NCBI GenBank assembly: GCA_942493105.1
Contig: OW818668.1
Span: 210,001-242,000 of the forward strand
Direction of reading: 5' to 3'
DNA: 32,000 nt
DNA from: an uncultured Erysipelotrichaceae bacterium
GTDB lineage: Bacteria; Bacillota_I; Bacilli_A; Erysipelotrichales; Erysipelotrichaceae
A model generated the notes under the pieces. The model was not told the origin of the DNA. It saw only the letters and a list, made by a program, of their open reading frames with translations, and did not search any database. Every line of letters starts with the position of its first letter. Within the stretch, counting starts at the first letter, position 1. Positions 17,522 through 24,989 of the stretch are shown in pieces. The position numbers were made by a program, and so were the translations under genes.

Positions 17522-18301
17522 CTAAATATCAACTAGATTAATCATATTAAGGTTTGTACTATCATATAGATACTCACCATGCCGAACAATCAATCTTCGA
17601 ATACATCGATGCAACCAAGCTTCTTCTATTTGGCTAAGTGTATGTTCTGATTTCTTCTCCACTTTTCTAGCTGAGAACTCGTCACCTTTTACAGAAGTCC
17701 AAGTCCCTAGTTGGACAAGAATAGCAGAATCAATACACAATTTTTGCCCTATTCGGTTTCTTCTAGGTGTTCGGCCACTAATGTTATCTCCGAACTCATC
17801 TTCAATGACCGTCAAATAGTAATACCCAAAGTTTAGAATGTGTTCTTTACCTTGTAATACTCCCATATAACGTTCAATTACTTTTTGAAGTTTGATGTTT
17901 GTTTTAAAATTCGCGTGAGCTATTGGAAATTCTCTTAAATTTCTTATCGCATAACCTTCGCATGTAATTGTCGATTTACAGTAAATGTTGCCTGAGAGGT
18001 ATTTAATATTTGGATCGAGTTCTTCATAAACATATCCCTTTTTATAGAATCTTATACTATCTTCGCCATACTCGAGGTCATACTGATAATACCAATCAGC
18101 GAAAATAGAGTTTGCATTTGCCTCAATCTTCGCAACGTTCTCAAGTGGTTCTTTTAGATGAATGATTATTCTTTTGTCTTTAAAAGTTATTGTAAAATCC
18201 GGATAATCGAAAGACTTTTCTATAAATGATTGGATATTCACTGTCTTGTTAACATCAATGTCATAAAGAATGCTTTTAATTCTTGGTTTACTTTGGTCCA
18301 T
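17522..18301 (-). CDS. Hypothetical protein, 259 aa (cassette ORF)
   Basis: Long uninterrupted ORF co-oriented with the array. Weak RBS, no family recognised. Confidence 0.55.
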   Translation of the reverse strand: MDQSKPRIKSILYDIDVNKTVNIQSFIEKSFDYPDFTITFKDKRIIIHLKEPLENVAKIEANANSIFADWYYQYDLEYGEDSIRFYKKGYVYEELDPNIKYLSGNIYCKSTITCEGYAIRNLREFPIAHANFKTNIKLQKVIERYMGVLQGKEHILNFGYYYLTVIEDEFGDNISGRTPRRNRIGQKLCIDSAILVQLGTWTSVKGDEFSARKVEKKSEHTLSQIEEAWLHRCIRRLIVRHGEYLYDSTNLNMINLVDI

Positions 18302-18402
18302 TTAGTTACTCATTTTCGAAATGCTTCCTGTTTTATATAAAAGTTCTGATTTGCTCATATGCCCCGATACACTCTTTTAAGAGTAGCAAGCTTGCCCCTA
18401 AT

Positions 18403-18459
18403 TTGTTCCAAAACAGAATAGAGTTTTAAGCTCGACAACAACCCTATATATTCAGTTCT
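18403..18459 (-). repeat. Leader module C copy 1
   Basis: The minus strand reads GAACTGAATATATAGGGTTGTTGTCGAGCTTAAAACTCTATTCTGTTTTGGAACAA. It matches 28022-28078. Confidence 0.7.
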
Positions 18460-18566
18460 TAGAACTCACCACAGTCTTCGTATTCGCTCCAGGTGGAGCA
18501 TTCACCACATTCTAGTATGAACGCTTAGGCACCCAATCGTGTCCCACGGTCGTCCGCTTAAGACCT
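18460..18566 (-). repeat. H foldback repeat copy 4 (3' arm truncated/decayed)
   Basis: tagaactcaccacagtcttcgtattcgctccaggtggagcattc...ttaggcacccaatcgtgtcccacggtcgtccgcttaagacct. Confidence 0.85.
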
Positions 18567-18577
18567 TGTTTTAAGTG

Positions 18578-18625
18578 CTCATTCAAGGTTAACATTGTGC
18601 CTCTACAAAAGTCGACCTATTCCAA
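18578..18625 (-). repeat. Module T copy
   Basis: ctcattcaaggttaacattgtgcctctacaaaagtcgacctattccaa, 38 nt after the stop of the FRG gene. Confidence 0.8.
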
Positions 18626-18663
18626 TAGTTAACCTAATCCACTTAGATACTTATAAAATAGTA

Positions 18664-19569
18664 CTAGAAATTCAATAATTCACCTTTATTAATATTTGAT
18701 ATCAAAATATATTCAGCAATGCTTTGAATATCTGGAAAAAGTCGTAAGTTAGAGTAGTTCATATTATCCAATAGTCGAAGCAATTCATTTCTTACTTTCT
18801 TGTCAATTCTTATTGTTATATATTCTGCTTTCTTAATAATTTCATTTTGCGCATCCTCATTAAGAATTGAGCAAGGGATACTGAAAAGCCCTTGTTGCGC
18901 TATAAGTCGAGGGTTGCTAGCGTTGCACTCATAAAATAATAATCCATCAGGATTTGTCTTAACATCCTCAATAATTCCTATGTTTTTTAGTTTTGTGCTC
19001 CTTGCTTTCAACTCTTCAATTAGACTCTGTTTATTTATAATGGACTTTATGAATTTATGGTACTCTTCAATGAATTCAGACCCAGATTGCATATTACCAT
19101 GAGTCAAACCACCATAAGATCTGTTTATTAAAATGTGATCATCTAGATTGGTATAGAATAATCTATAACCATCTAAAGGACATTCACTTTGGTTGATAGC
19201 AAAATAAAGAGCAACAAAAGGATCACGTGTCCAGTCAACAAGTCTTGTAGGGAGTCCAAAATGCTGTGCATATGCCACTATATCTAGTAGATCAAGGTTA
19301 CCGTTTAGCATTGCTGAAGCATATTTTTTAAAGTCATAGAGTAAAGAAAACTCTAAATATGATACATCCTTGTACTGAAAATTTGACGAACGATTATTTA
19401 CTCTATTGATTGTTGGCTTTAATTGGCTTAAATCTGATACACCACGAAAAACTAATTTGCGATTTTTTGCAGCTAACAAAAGGTGGTTTAATAACAAATC
19501 TGCTGTTGTATATTCTTCTTGATTGAAAACATTCCCAGAATGTCTTTCTGCTTTTGAATGATTATTCAT
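18664..19569 (-). CDS. FRG-domain protein (cassette ORF)
   Basis: Contains VFRGVSD, AQHFGLPTRLVDWTRDPFVALYFA and NPRLIAQQGLFS, the FRG-domain signature blocks. AAAGGAG RBS. Confidence 0.75.
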   Translation of the reverse strand: MNNHSKAERHSGNVFNQEEYTTADLLLNHLLLAAKNRKLVFRGVSDLSQLKPTINRVNNRSSNFQYKDVSYLEFSLLYDFKKYASAMLNGNLDLLDIVAYAQHFGLPTRLVDWTRDPFVALYFAINQSECPLDGYRLFYTNLDDHILINRSYGGLTHGNMQSGSEFIEEYHKFIKSIINKQSLIEELKARSTKLKNIGIIEDVKTNPDGLLFYECNASNPRLIAQQGLFSIPCSILNEDAQNEIIKKAEYITIRIDKKVRNELLRLLDNMNYSNLRLFPDIQSIAEYILISNINKGELLNF

Positions 19570-19693
19570 ATAAGCTCCTTTTTGAATTATACTTCTGTTA
19601 CAAATTTAAACTATTGGTTGGTAATGTATACAAAACTGAATGATATACCCCATAAATTGTTTTAAAATAGAATGTTAATGATCCATATTTTGT

Positions 19694-19775
19694 ACTTAAA
19701 CAAGTTTATCATTTCGACTCCATAATAGTCGATTTATTCCAATATTGCGTTTCATCAAAAGCTAACTTATTCCAA
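19694..19775 (-). repeat. Module T copy plus a second partial T start abutting the HNH gene stop
   Basis: One copy is tcatttcgactccataatagtcgatttattccaa (19694-19742). A partial copy, ctaacttattccaa (19761-19775), sits 3 nt from the stop at 19779. Confidence 0.6.
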
Positions 19776-19778
19776 GGA

Positions 19779-21269
19779 TTAACTTGTTTTTCTATATCTT
19801 CTTCTAACTAAACCTCTAGTTTTGATTTCATTTACTAAAGTCATAGGACTCATACCAAAGGATTTTGCTACTTGTAAGATTGACAATTCTGATGACATAT
19901 ATGATTCAACTGCCTCACTATATTTTTCTATTAAGAGAACATTCCTTTTCTTGTCAACCTTATGCGGTCTATAAATCTGTCTATTTAGACCTTTCTTTTT
20001 TAGTTCACTACTTAGTAAGTTCTCGCTAATATGATGTTGCTTTGAAACTTCACTTCTTGAGAGTCTAGTTGACATGTAATGCTGAATTGCTGCTTCAAGT
20101 CTAATTGCCTTATCCTCTTTATTAATCTCTATTGTCTTAGGTTTGTCTACTCTAATTTTGGTGTTAATAGCTTCAGGATATTTCTTTCGTACATAGTTAT
20201 ATACAGTAGCAAAGCTTACTCCAAACTCTTCAGCAACTTCCTTATAAGATTTTGAAGAGCTCACATAGCTAAAAGCCACATTTTCAATGAATTTCTCATC
20301 TCGTACTCTTTTGTTTCTTTCACTATAAACAAACTTATTATTATCTTGATCTTTCACAGTTTCAACTTGAGAGGATTGGAATGAATCATCTTCTCGGTCT
20401 GTTAGATTATCTATTTCTTCGCTCTTATTAAGTTGGCTTTTCTTTACACTATTAAATACAGTTACACTGCTTATTCCAAACTCCTTCCCTACTTGCTCAT
20501 ATGTTAATGATGAATTCAAATATCTTTGTTTTGCGGATTCAATTACAGATTCATCTATAAAATTTGGTCTACCTAACTTCTTTCCATTCTTCTTAAGTTC
20601 ATTTAGTGAGTCTGATGTTCTATTTGAAATATTACTTCTCTCAAGTTCTGCAATAATATTAATAAAATGATTCACTATGTCCTGAACAATATCATAATTT
20701 ATTCTTTCCATAGTATTTACAGAATCAGTTTTCCATTTAAATAATCTTTTGTAGAACATTCTTAACAAACCTGCTGTAGTTGAGATGCTAACATGTGTAT
20801 GCCCAAAATGGAATATTAACTCAAGGTCACCAAAGAATTCATCTATTGATTGATATACTTTATCGACTTGATTTGGCGATAAACTCAAAGAATATATATC
20901 GTCAACAAACTCATTTCCATAAATTCTTTTATACTCGTCCAACCCTTTGTATGTCCAAAAATTATCTCTTCTCTTGCTACTGTATGCATTTATCCAATCC
21001 CACATTATTTCGTTATCTTTAACATCAGGGGCTTCAATATGACAAGATTTACATAACAGTACATAGTTGCTTGGGATATCTAGTCCTCCCATAGCAAAAG
21101 GTATAATATGACATTTCTGAATTTTGCGATGTTTTGTAGACACTTCTCCACATCTCCAACAATGACTACTTGCTTTGGCAATCTCAAGATGCGTGTATAG
21201 CCACTCTATTTTATCAGTCCAATATGAACTAATGTAAACCTCAGTTGTTTTTTGATTATTTCTTTTCAC
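19779..21269 (-). CDS. HNH endonuclease fused to a resolvase-like linker and four helix-turn-helix repeats
   Basis: The HNH core is CWRCG..CHIIPFAMGG..NYVLLCKSCH. It is followed by ELERSNISNRTSDSLNELKKNGKKLGRP (serine-recombinase helix-E/GRP-linker-like) and four HTH units (LTYEQVGKEFGISSVTVFN, KSYKEVAEEFGVSFATVYN, LSRSEVSKQHHISENLL, LSILQVAKSFGMSPMTLVN). Start moved to GTG 21269, 5 nt after AAAGGGGGA, because the track start at 21344 lies inside repeat H. Confidence 0.8.
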   Translation of the reverse strand: MKRNNQKTTEVYISSYWTDKIEWLYTHLEIAKASSHCWRCGEVSTKHRKIQKCHIIPFAMGGLDIPSNYVLLCKSCHIEAPDVKDNEIMWDWINAYSSKRRDNFWTYKGLDEYKRIYGNEFVDDIYSLSLSPNQVDKVYQSIDEFFGDLELIFHFGHTHVSISTTAGLLRMFYKRLFKWKTDSVNTMERINYDIVQDIVNHFINIIAELERSNISNRTSDSLNELKKNGKKLGRPNFIDESVIESAKQRYLNSSLTYEQVGKEFGISSVTVFNSVKKSQLNKSEEIDNLTDREDDSFQSSQVETVKDQDNNKFVYSERNKRVRDEKFIENVAFSYVSSSKSYKEVAEEFGVSFATVYNYVRKKYPEAINTKIRVDKPKTIEINKEDKAIRLEAAIQHYMSTRLSRSEVSKQHHISENLLSSELKKKGLNRQIYRPHKVDKKRNVLLIEKYSEAVESYMSSELSILQVAKSFGMSPMTLVNEIKTRGLVRRRYRKTS

Positions 21270-21295
21270 AATATCCCCCTTTATGTCTCTAGTTA

Positions 21296-21412
21296 CATAA
21301 CGCACCACGGTCTTTGTATTCGCTCCAGGTGGAGCATTCCCCATAGTCTAGTATGAACGCTTAGGCACACCCCATCGTGTCTCACGGTCGTCCGTTTAAG
21401 ACCGTAGTCAGC
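21296..21412 (-). repeat. H foldback repeat copy 5 (L-linked)
   Basis: cataacgcaccacggtctttgtattcgctccaggtggagcattcc...ctcacggtcgtccgtttaagaccgtagtcagcg. Confidence 0.9.
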
Positions 21413-21847
21413 GTGGTCTTTTCTCAGTCAAACTGCTCTTGTTATTCAACTTTCAACATCATTCTATCTCATTCATTCTACCCTATTTTAAAGCTATATA
21501 TATCACTAATTATGTGTTCATTTTCTTATTATTTCGGTTCTCTTTTAAAAAGAAATCTCAAAATCCGTTACACTTTTGTTACACTTGGACAAAGTGACCT
21601 GCAAAAAAGCCTTATAGAATAAGGCTTCGTGAAGTCATGGTGCCATCACCGAGAGCAGAATTTATGCGTATTTTTAGGTGTCAGTTATGATAAAAGGCTT
21701 AAAAAACAAGCCTTTTAGTCGATTTTTATCGAATTAAGTGTGATTAAATCGGAATTATATAGGTAATCCGTTACACATTTGTTACACTTCGATGTGATCA
21801 AACTGTCCACCAACAATCGTCTGCAAAGGGACTTCATTTTTCTTAAC
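21413..21847 (-). repeat. Module L copy 2, long form (two GTTACAC boxes 203 bp apart) plus T-like tail
   Basis: Near-identical to 24990-25440. Boxes are at 21562-21586 and 21765-21789, with internal hairpins at about 21606-21630 and 21693-21717. Confidence 0.85.
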
Positions 21848-22342
21848 TTACCTCATTCTTTTGCGTTTCACTTTATCGACTTGATAAAATAGTGAAATCA
21901 GAAAAATGGCATATGAAATTCCAATCAATGGTCGAAACACAAACCATCCGGTGATTATCCATAAACTAGAAAAAATCACAGTTGCTAAAAACCCAAGTGC
22001 GAATCCCCAGTATGGAAGTAACAGATTTAACGGAACAATCCCCAGCTTATCAAGGTAAAACATTCTCCATTTTCTTTCTCCTCTTTTCTTATAGTTCTCT
22101 TTATCGTGTTTTCTCAGATATTTTGAAATTAGTGGAAAGTATAGTGTGTGTCCTCCTACATAATGAATTACTGGAAACGCAATAATGAGCATTATTATTA
22201 TGAAAAATTCTTCTAGGCTCATCATCTTACTGTTACCACGCTTTCTGATTAAGTTCAAAGTCAAATGATATTGGTCTGCTTCGACTTTTATGGAGAGGTT
22301 TTGTCCCCACCCATCACTATTCCCATTATCCCTATTAATCAT
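21848..22342 (-). CDS. Small membrane protein, about 3 TM (cassette ORF; start uncertain)
   Basis: The track start at 22342 lies in module B (MINRDNGN...). An alternative start, ATG 22225 (MMSLEEFF), lies just before the first TM helix. Confidence 0.6.
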   Translation of the reverse strand: MINRDNGNSDGWGQNLSIKVEADQYHLTLNLIRKRGNSKMMSLEEFFIIIMLIIAFPVIHYVGGHTLYFPLISKYLRKHDKENYKKRGERKWRMFYLDKLGIVPLNLLLPYWGFALGFLATVIFSSLWIITGWFVFRPLIGISYAIFLISLFYQVDKVKRKRMR

Positions 22343-22372
22343 CCGTTAGTCTACCTGCAATTCATCTATTGC
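22321..22372 (-). repeat. Module B copy 1
   Basis: Minus strand: GCAATAGATGAATTGCAGGTAGACTAACGGATGATTAATAGGGATAATGGGA. Confidence 0.7.
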
Positions 22373-22489
22373 CAGAACTCACCACGGTCTTCGTATTCGC
22401 TCCACATGGAGCATTCCCCACAGTCTAATATGAACGCTTAGGCACTGCCAATCGTGTCCCCAGTCGGCCATTTAAGACCGTGGTCTGAG
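22373..22489 (-). repeat. H foldback repeat copy 6
   Basis: cagaactcaccacggtcttcgtattcgctccacatggagcattcc...ccccagtcggccatttaagaccgtggtctgag. Confidence 0.9.
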
Positions 22490-22574
22490 TCAACATTACC
22501 TCAAGAAATCAAGTCTCTCAACTTGACATTATGAAGTCACTAATAATTTCATAACATTTTCTTTTTCTCATGTT

Positions 22575-23312
22575 TTATCTCAATTTACAAATTTTATATA
22601 TGAGTTCATGAATAATGAAGATAATCAATCCAGTCGTAAGAATCCAGTTTGTGACTGTTATTGTGTTTTGCTGAGTATCAAAATATGATACTAATATAAA
22701 AACTACAACAGATACACATAGATATGTTTTAAACGTAAATTCTGAGAAGTAGTCTTGCTTTTTCAATGGGACATCTCTATCAGAAATGTAATTTTTCATC
22801 CCTCTAAATCTATGCCACGTTATCCTATTGGTTCTGTGCAGAATTTTCATTTGTAAAATTAGTTCTATAAAACTGGACAAAAAGAGCATAACAACAAAGA
22901 ATATCAATACATAAACTTTTGTAATAGTGAACTCAAATAGAACAAGCTCAAATGCCTTAATCCAGATTATAAAAAGGAAGATCATGGTTAATAATTCTAG
23001 TGCTTGCAGATATTTCTCAAGCATCTTCAAGGTCATGACATCTCTTGGTTCTTGGTTCAGCAAGTTATTCGTTAAGTGCGATGCAACATCAAGAATGAGT
23101 AGATACTTAACAAACACTAAAATAAATAACCCTGCAACTAACAACAATATCACAAGATACTTTGCTAATGCATCAAGCTTTAATACATCTTCTAACGAAA
23201 ACGCAACAATCAAAATTATCGCGAAGTTTAGGAAGAGAAGCAGATTTACTTTCTTTATCTCAATACCGAGCTCCATTTGCTTTTCTTCCTCTATGACTGT
23301 TAATTGTTCCAA
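22575..23312 (-). CDS. Polytopic membrane protein, 245 aa (cassette ORF)
   Basis: TTG start 5 nt after GAGGAGGGG. Multiple hydrophobic helices, no family recognised. Confidence 0.65.
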   Translation of the reverse strand: MEQLTVIEEEKQMELGIEIKKVNLLLFLNFAIILIVAFSLEDVLKLDALAKYLVILLLVAGLFILVFVKYLLILDVASHLTNNLLNQEPRDVMTLKMLEKYLQALELLTMIFLFIIWIKAFELVLFEFTITKVYVLIFFVVMLFLSSFIELILQMKILHRTNRITWHRFRGMKNYISDRDVPLKKQDYFSEFTFKTYLCVSVVVFILVSYFDTQQNTITVTNWILTTGLIIFIIHELIYKICKLR

Positions 23313-23430
23313 AATTCCCCTCCTCTTTCACCCAGTAATGATCGGTTTTGGTTTGCTTAATACCTAAATAGTAAGTTGGTCTGTTCCAACTTTTGTGGGG
23401 ATCTTTCGGATGATCTTGATTATTATTCCC

Positions 23431-23478
23431 ATTATCCCTTTTCTTCATCTATTAGTCTACCTTCAATTCATCTAATCT
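23431..23478 (-). repeat. Module B copy 2
   Basis: Minus strand: AGATTAGATGAATTGAAGGTAGACTAATAGATGAAGAAAAGGGATAATGGGA. Confidence 0.8.
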
Positions 23479-23597
23479 CAGAACGCACCACGGTCTTCGT
23501 TTTCGCTTCATGTGGAGCATTCTCCGCACATCTAGTATGAACGCTTAGGCACTATCAATCGTGTCCCACGGTGAGTTTGCCAAGACCGTGGTCTGAG
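23479..23597 (-). repeat. H foldback repeat copy 7 (loop allele GAGTTTGCCA)
   Basis: cagaacgcaccacggtcttcgttttcgcttcatgtggagcattc...cccacggtgagtttgccaagaccgtggtctgag. Confidence 0.9.
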
Positions 23598-23633
23598 TCC
23601 GGATTGTTATGCGTATTCAACTGAAGATCTAGA

Positions 23634-24248
23634 TTACAAAAAGAGTATATAAACGATAGAAAATACAATCCAAACTGTGATCATTATAATCCATGGCTTA
23701 TCACTCTTTGAAGATTGTGCGATGGATGTGTCTTTATCCAGATTGGCAGCCTTAAAGATGATTTTATGCTGAGCTAGGACCACTACCACACTGATGATCA
23801 GATTAAGCAGATAAACTATGGAAAATAAAGTCGCACCTAAAATATAAACAGAAATCTCAACCGGTATATTCGGTTCAGTGTAAGAGTGTAAAATGGCGCT
23901 GAATGTGAAAAGCAAGATAGAGTACGTGATAAAGAGATAAGGTGGAATCAGAAGTAAGATCGAAATTAACTTTTTATTGGTGTTATTCTTAGCCACCATT
24001 ATGATATTCAAAAAAACAACAACAAATGCTAACATCAGTAACACAAGAATCAAATTATGGACGAAGAGTCCGAAGTCATTTAAAAAAGGGTGCTGATCAA
24101 AGATGATTCTAAACTCTTCTTGAAGTCCTAGATCATCCGGGAAAGGTACTAAAGCCGCGACTCCTGCTGAACCAATTAGCAATTGAAATGATAACTGAAT
24201 AATCGACAGGTCCAAGGCAATGGTATTGATCAGTGCTACTTTTTTCAT
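23634..24248 (-). CDS. Polytopic membrane protein, 204 aa (cassette ORF)
   Basis: ATG with the AAAGGGTGG RBS from leader A. Starts MKKV, then about 5 hydrophobic helices. Confidence 0.7.
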   Translation of the reverse strand: MKKVALINTIALDLSIIQLSFQLLIGSAGVAALVPFPDDLGLQEEFRIIFDQHPFLNDFGLFVHNLILVLLMLAFVVVFLNIIMVAKNNTNKKLISILLLIPPYLFITYSILLFTFSAILHSYTEPNIPVEISVYILGATLFSIVYLLNLIISVVVVLAQHKIIFKAANLDKDTSIAQSSKSDKPWIIMITVWIVFSIVYILFL

Positions 24249-24320
24249 GTTACCACCCTTTCATTAAATGTCTTATCGAGTTTTATTCGACTCTCCCTAC
24301 AACCACTGCTGTTCTATTCA
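24249..24320 (-). repeat. Leader module A copy 2
   Basis: Minus strand: TGAATAGAACAGCAGTGGTTGTAGGGAGAGTCGAATAAAACTCGATAAGACATTTAATGAAAGGGTGGTAAC, followed by ATGAAAAAAGTA. Confidence 0.8.
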
Positions 24321-24439
24321 CAGAACGCACCACGGTCTTCATATTCGCTCCATGTGGAGCATTCCCCACAAGCTAGTATGAAATGCTTAGGCACAGGTAA
24401 TCGTGTCACACGGTGAGTTTGCCAAGACCGTGGTCTGAG
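24321..24439 (-). repeat. H foldback repeat copy 8
   Basis: cagaacgcaccacggtcttcatattcgctccatgtggagcattcc...cacacggtgagtttgccaagaccgtggtctgag. Confidence 0.9.
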
Positions 24440-24503
24440 TTAGTGTTATCTGAAGATCCAATAAAGTCTTGGACTTCACTTTTCTCTTCACCCCAAAAAC
24501 TAT

Positions 24504-24761
24504 TTACAAATTTACAAAATATTCAAATAAACGGGTGATGCTGTATGTGTATATTCCTAATGCAAACCCAATTTTGATAAGATCTTTCTCTCTCTGAAAT
24601 AAACCGCCAATCAACAAAGATGTAGCATATAATAAAGTGGAAACATTGAATAGCATTAAATATGGTTCAAAATCACTGAAATAAAATGTACCAACTATAC
24701 TTATACAAGCAACAATAATTGTCAATAATCTTAGTGTGAATACAATTTTCCTTTTTACCAC
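24504..24761 (-). CDS. Small membrane protein, 85 aa (cassette ORF)
   Basis: GTG start 8 nt after AGGGG. Contains 2-3 hydrophobic helices. Confidence 0.55.
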   Translation of the reverse strand: MVKRKIVFTLRLLTIIVACISIVGTFYFSDFEPYLMLFNVSTLLYATSLLIGGLFQREKDLIKIGFALGIYTYSITRLFEYFVNL

Positions 24762-24822
24762 AATTTATGACCCCTAACTTTCACTTTCTTGTTCAAGGAG
24801 TAAATCTTCATCAACGCTATCC

Positions 24823-24872
24823 TCATTATCCCTTTTCTATACCGGTTAGTCTACCATCAACTCAACTAATCA
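24823..24872 (-). repeat. Module B copy 3 (first ATG replaced by ATA)
   Basis: Minus strand: TGATTAGTTGAGTTGATGGTAGACTAACCGGTATAGAAAAGGGATAATGAGG. Confidence 0.7.
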
Positions 24873-24989
24873 CAGTACGCACCACGGTCTTCGTATTCGC
24901 TCCATGTGGAGCATTCCCACTCATCTAGTATTAACGCTTAGGCACATGCTATCGTGTCCCACGGTCGACTATTTAAGACCGTGGTCAGC
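24873..24989 (-). repeat. H foldback repeat copy 9 (L-linked)
   Basis: cagtacgcaccacggtcttcgtattcgctccatgtggagcattcc...cccacggtcgactatttaagaccgtggtcagcg. Confidence 0.9.

Noticed and set aside
21270-21344. N-terminal extensions MGNAPPGANTKTVV... (ORF 19779-21344) and MENAPPGANTKTVV... (ORF 28230-28646), which look like a conserved protein N-terminus.
   Set aside because: The shared peptide is simply repeat H read in one frame. A TAG lies just upstream in that frame, copies differ by indels, and both genes have much better internal starts with proper RBS (GTG 21269, ATG 28538).
21637-21665. TGGTGCCATCACCGAGAGCAGAATTT inside the 203-bp unit as the reverse complement of a tRNA 3' end (..GGCACCA), which would mark a tRNA-derived att site.
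   Set aside because: No T-arm (GTTCGAATC-like stem-loop) or acceptor-stem partner can be drawn. The similarity is limited to CCA plus a few bases.
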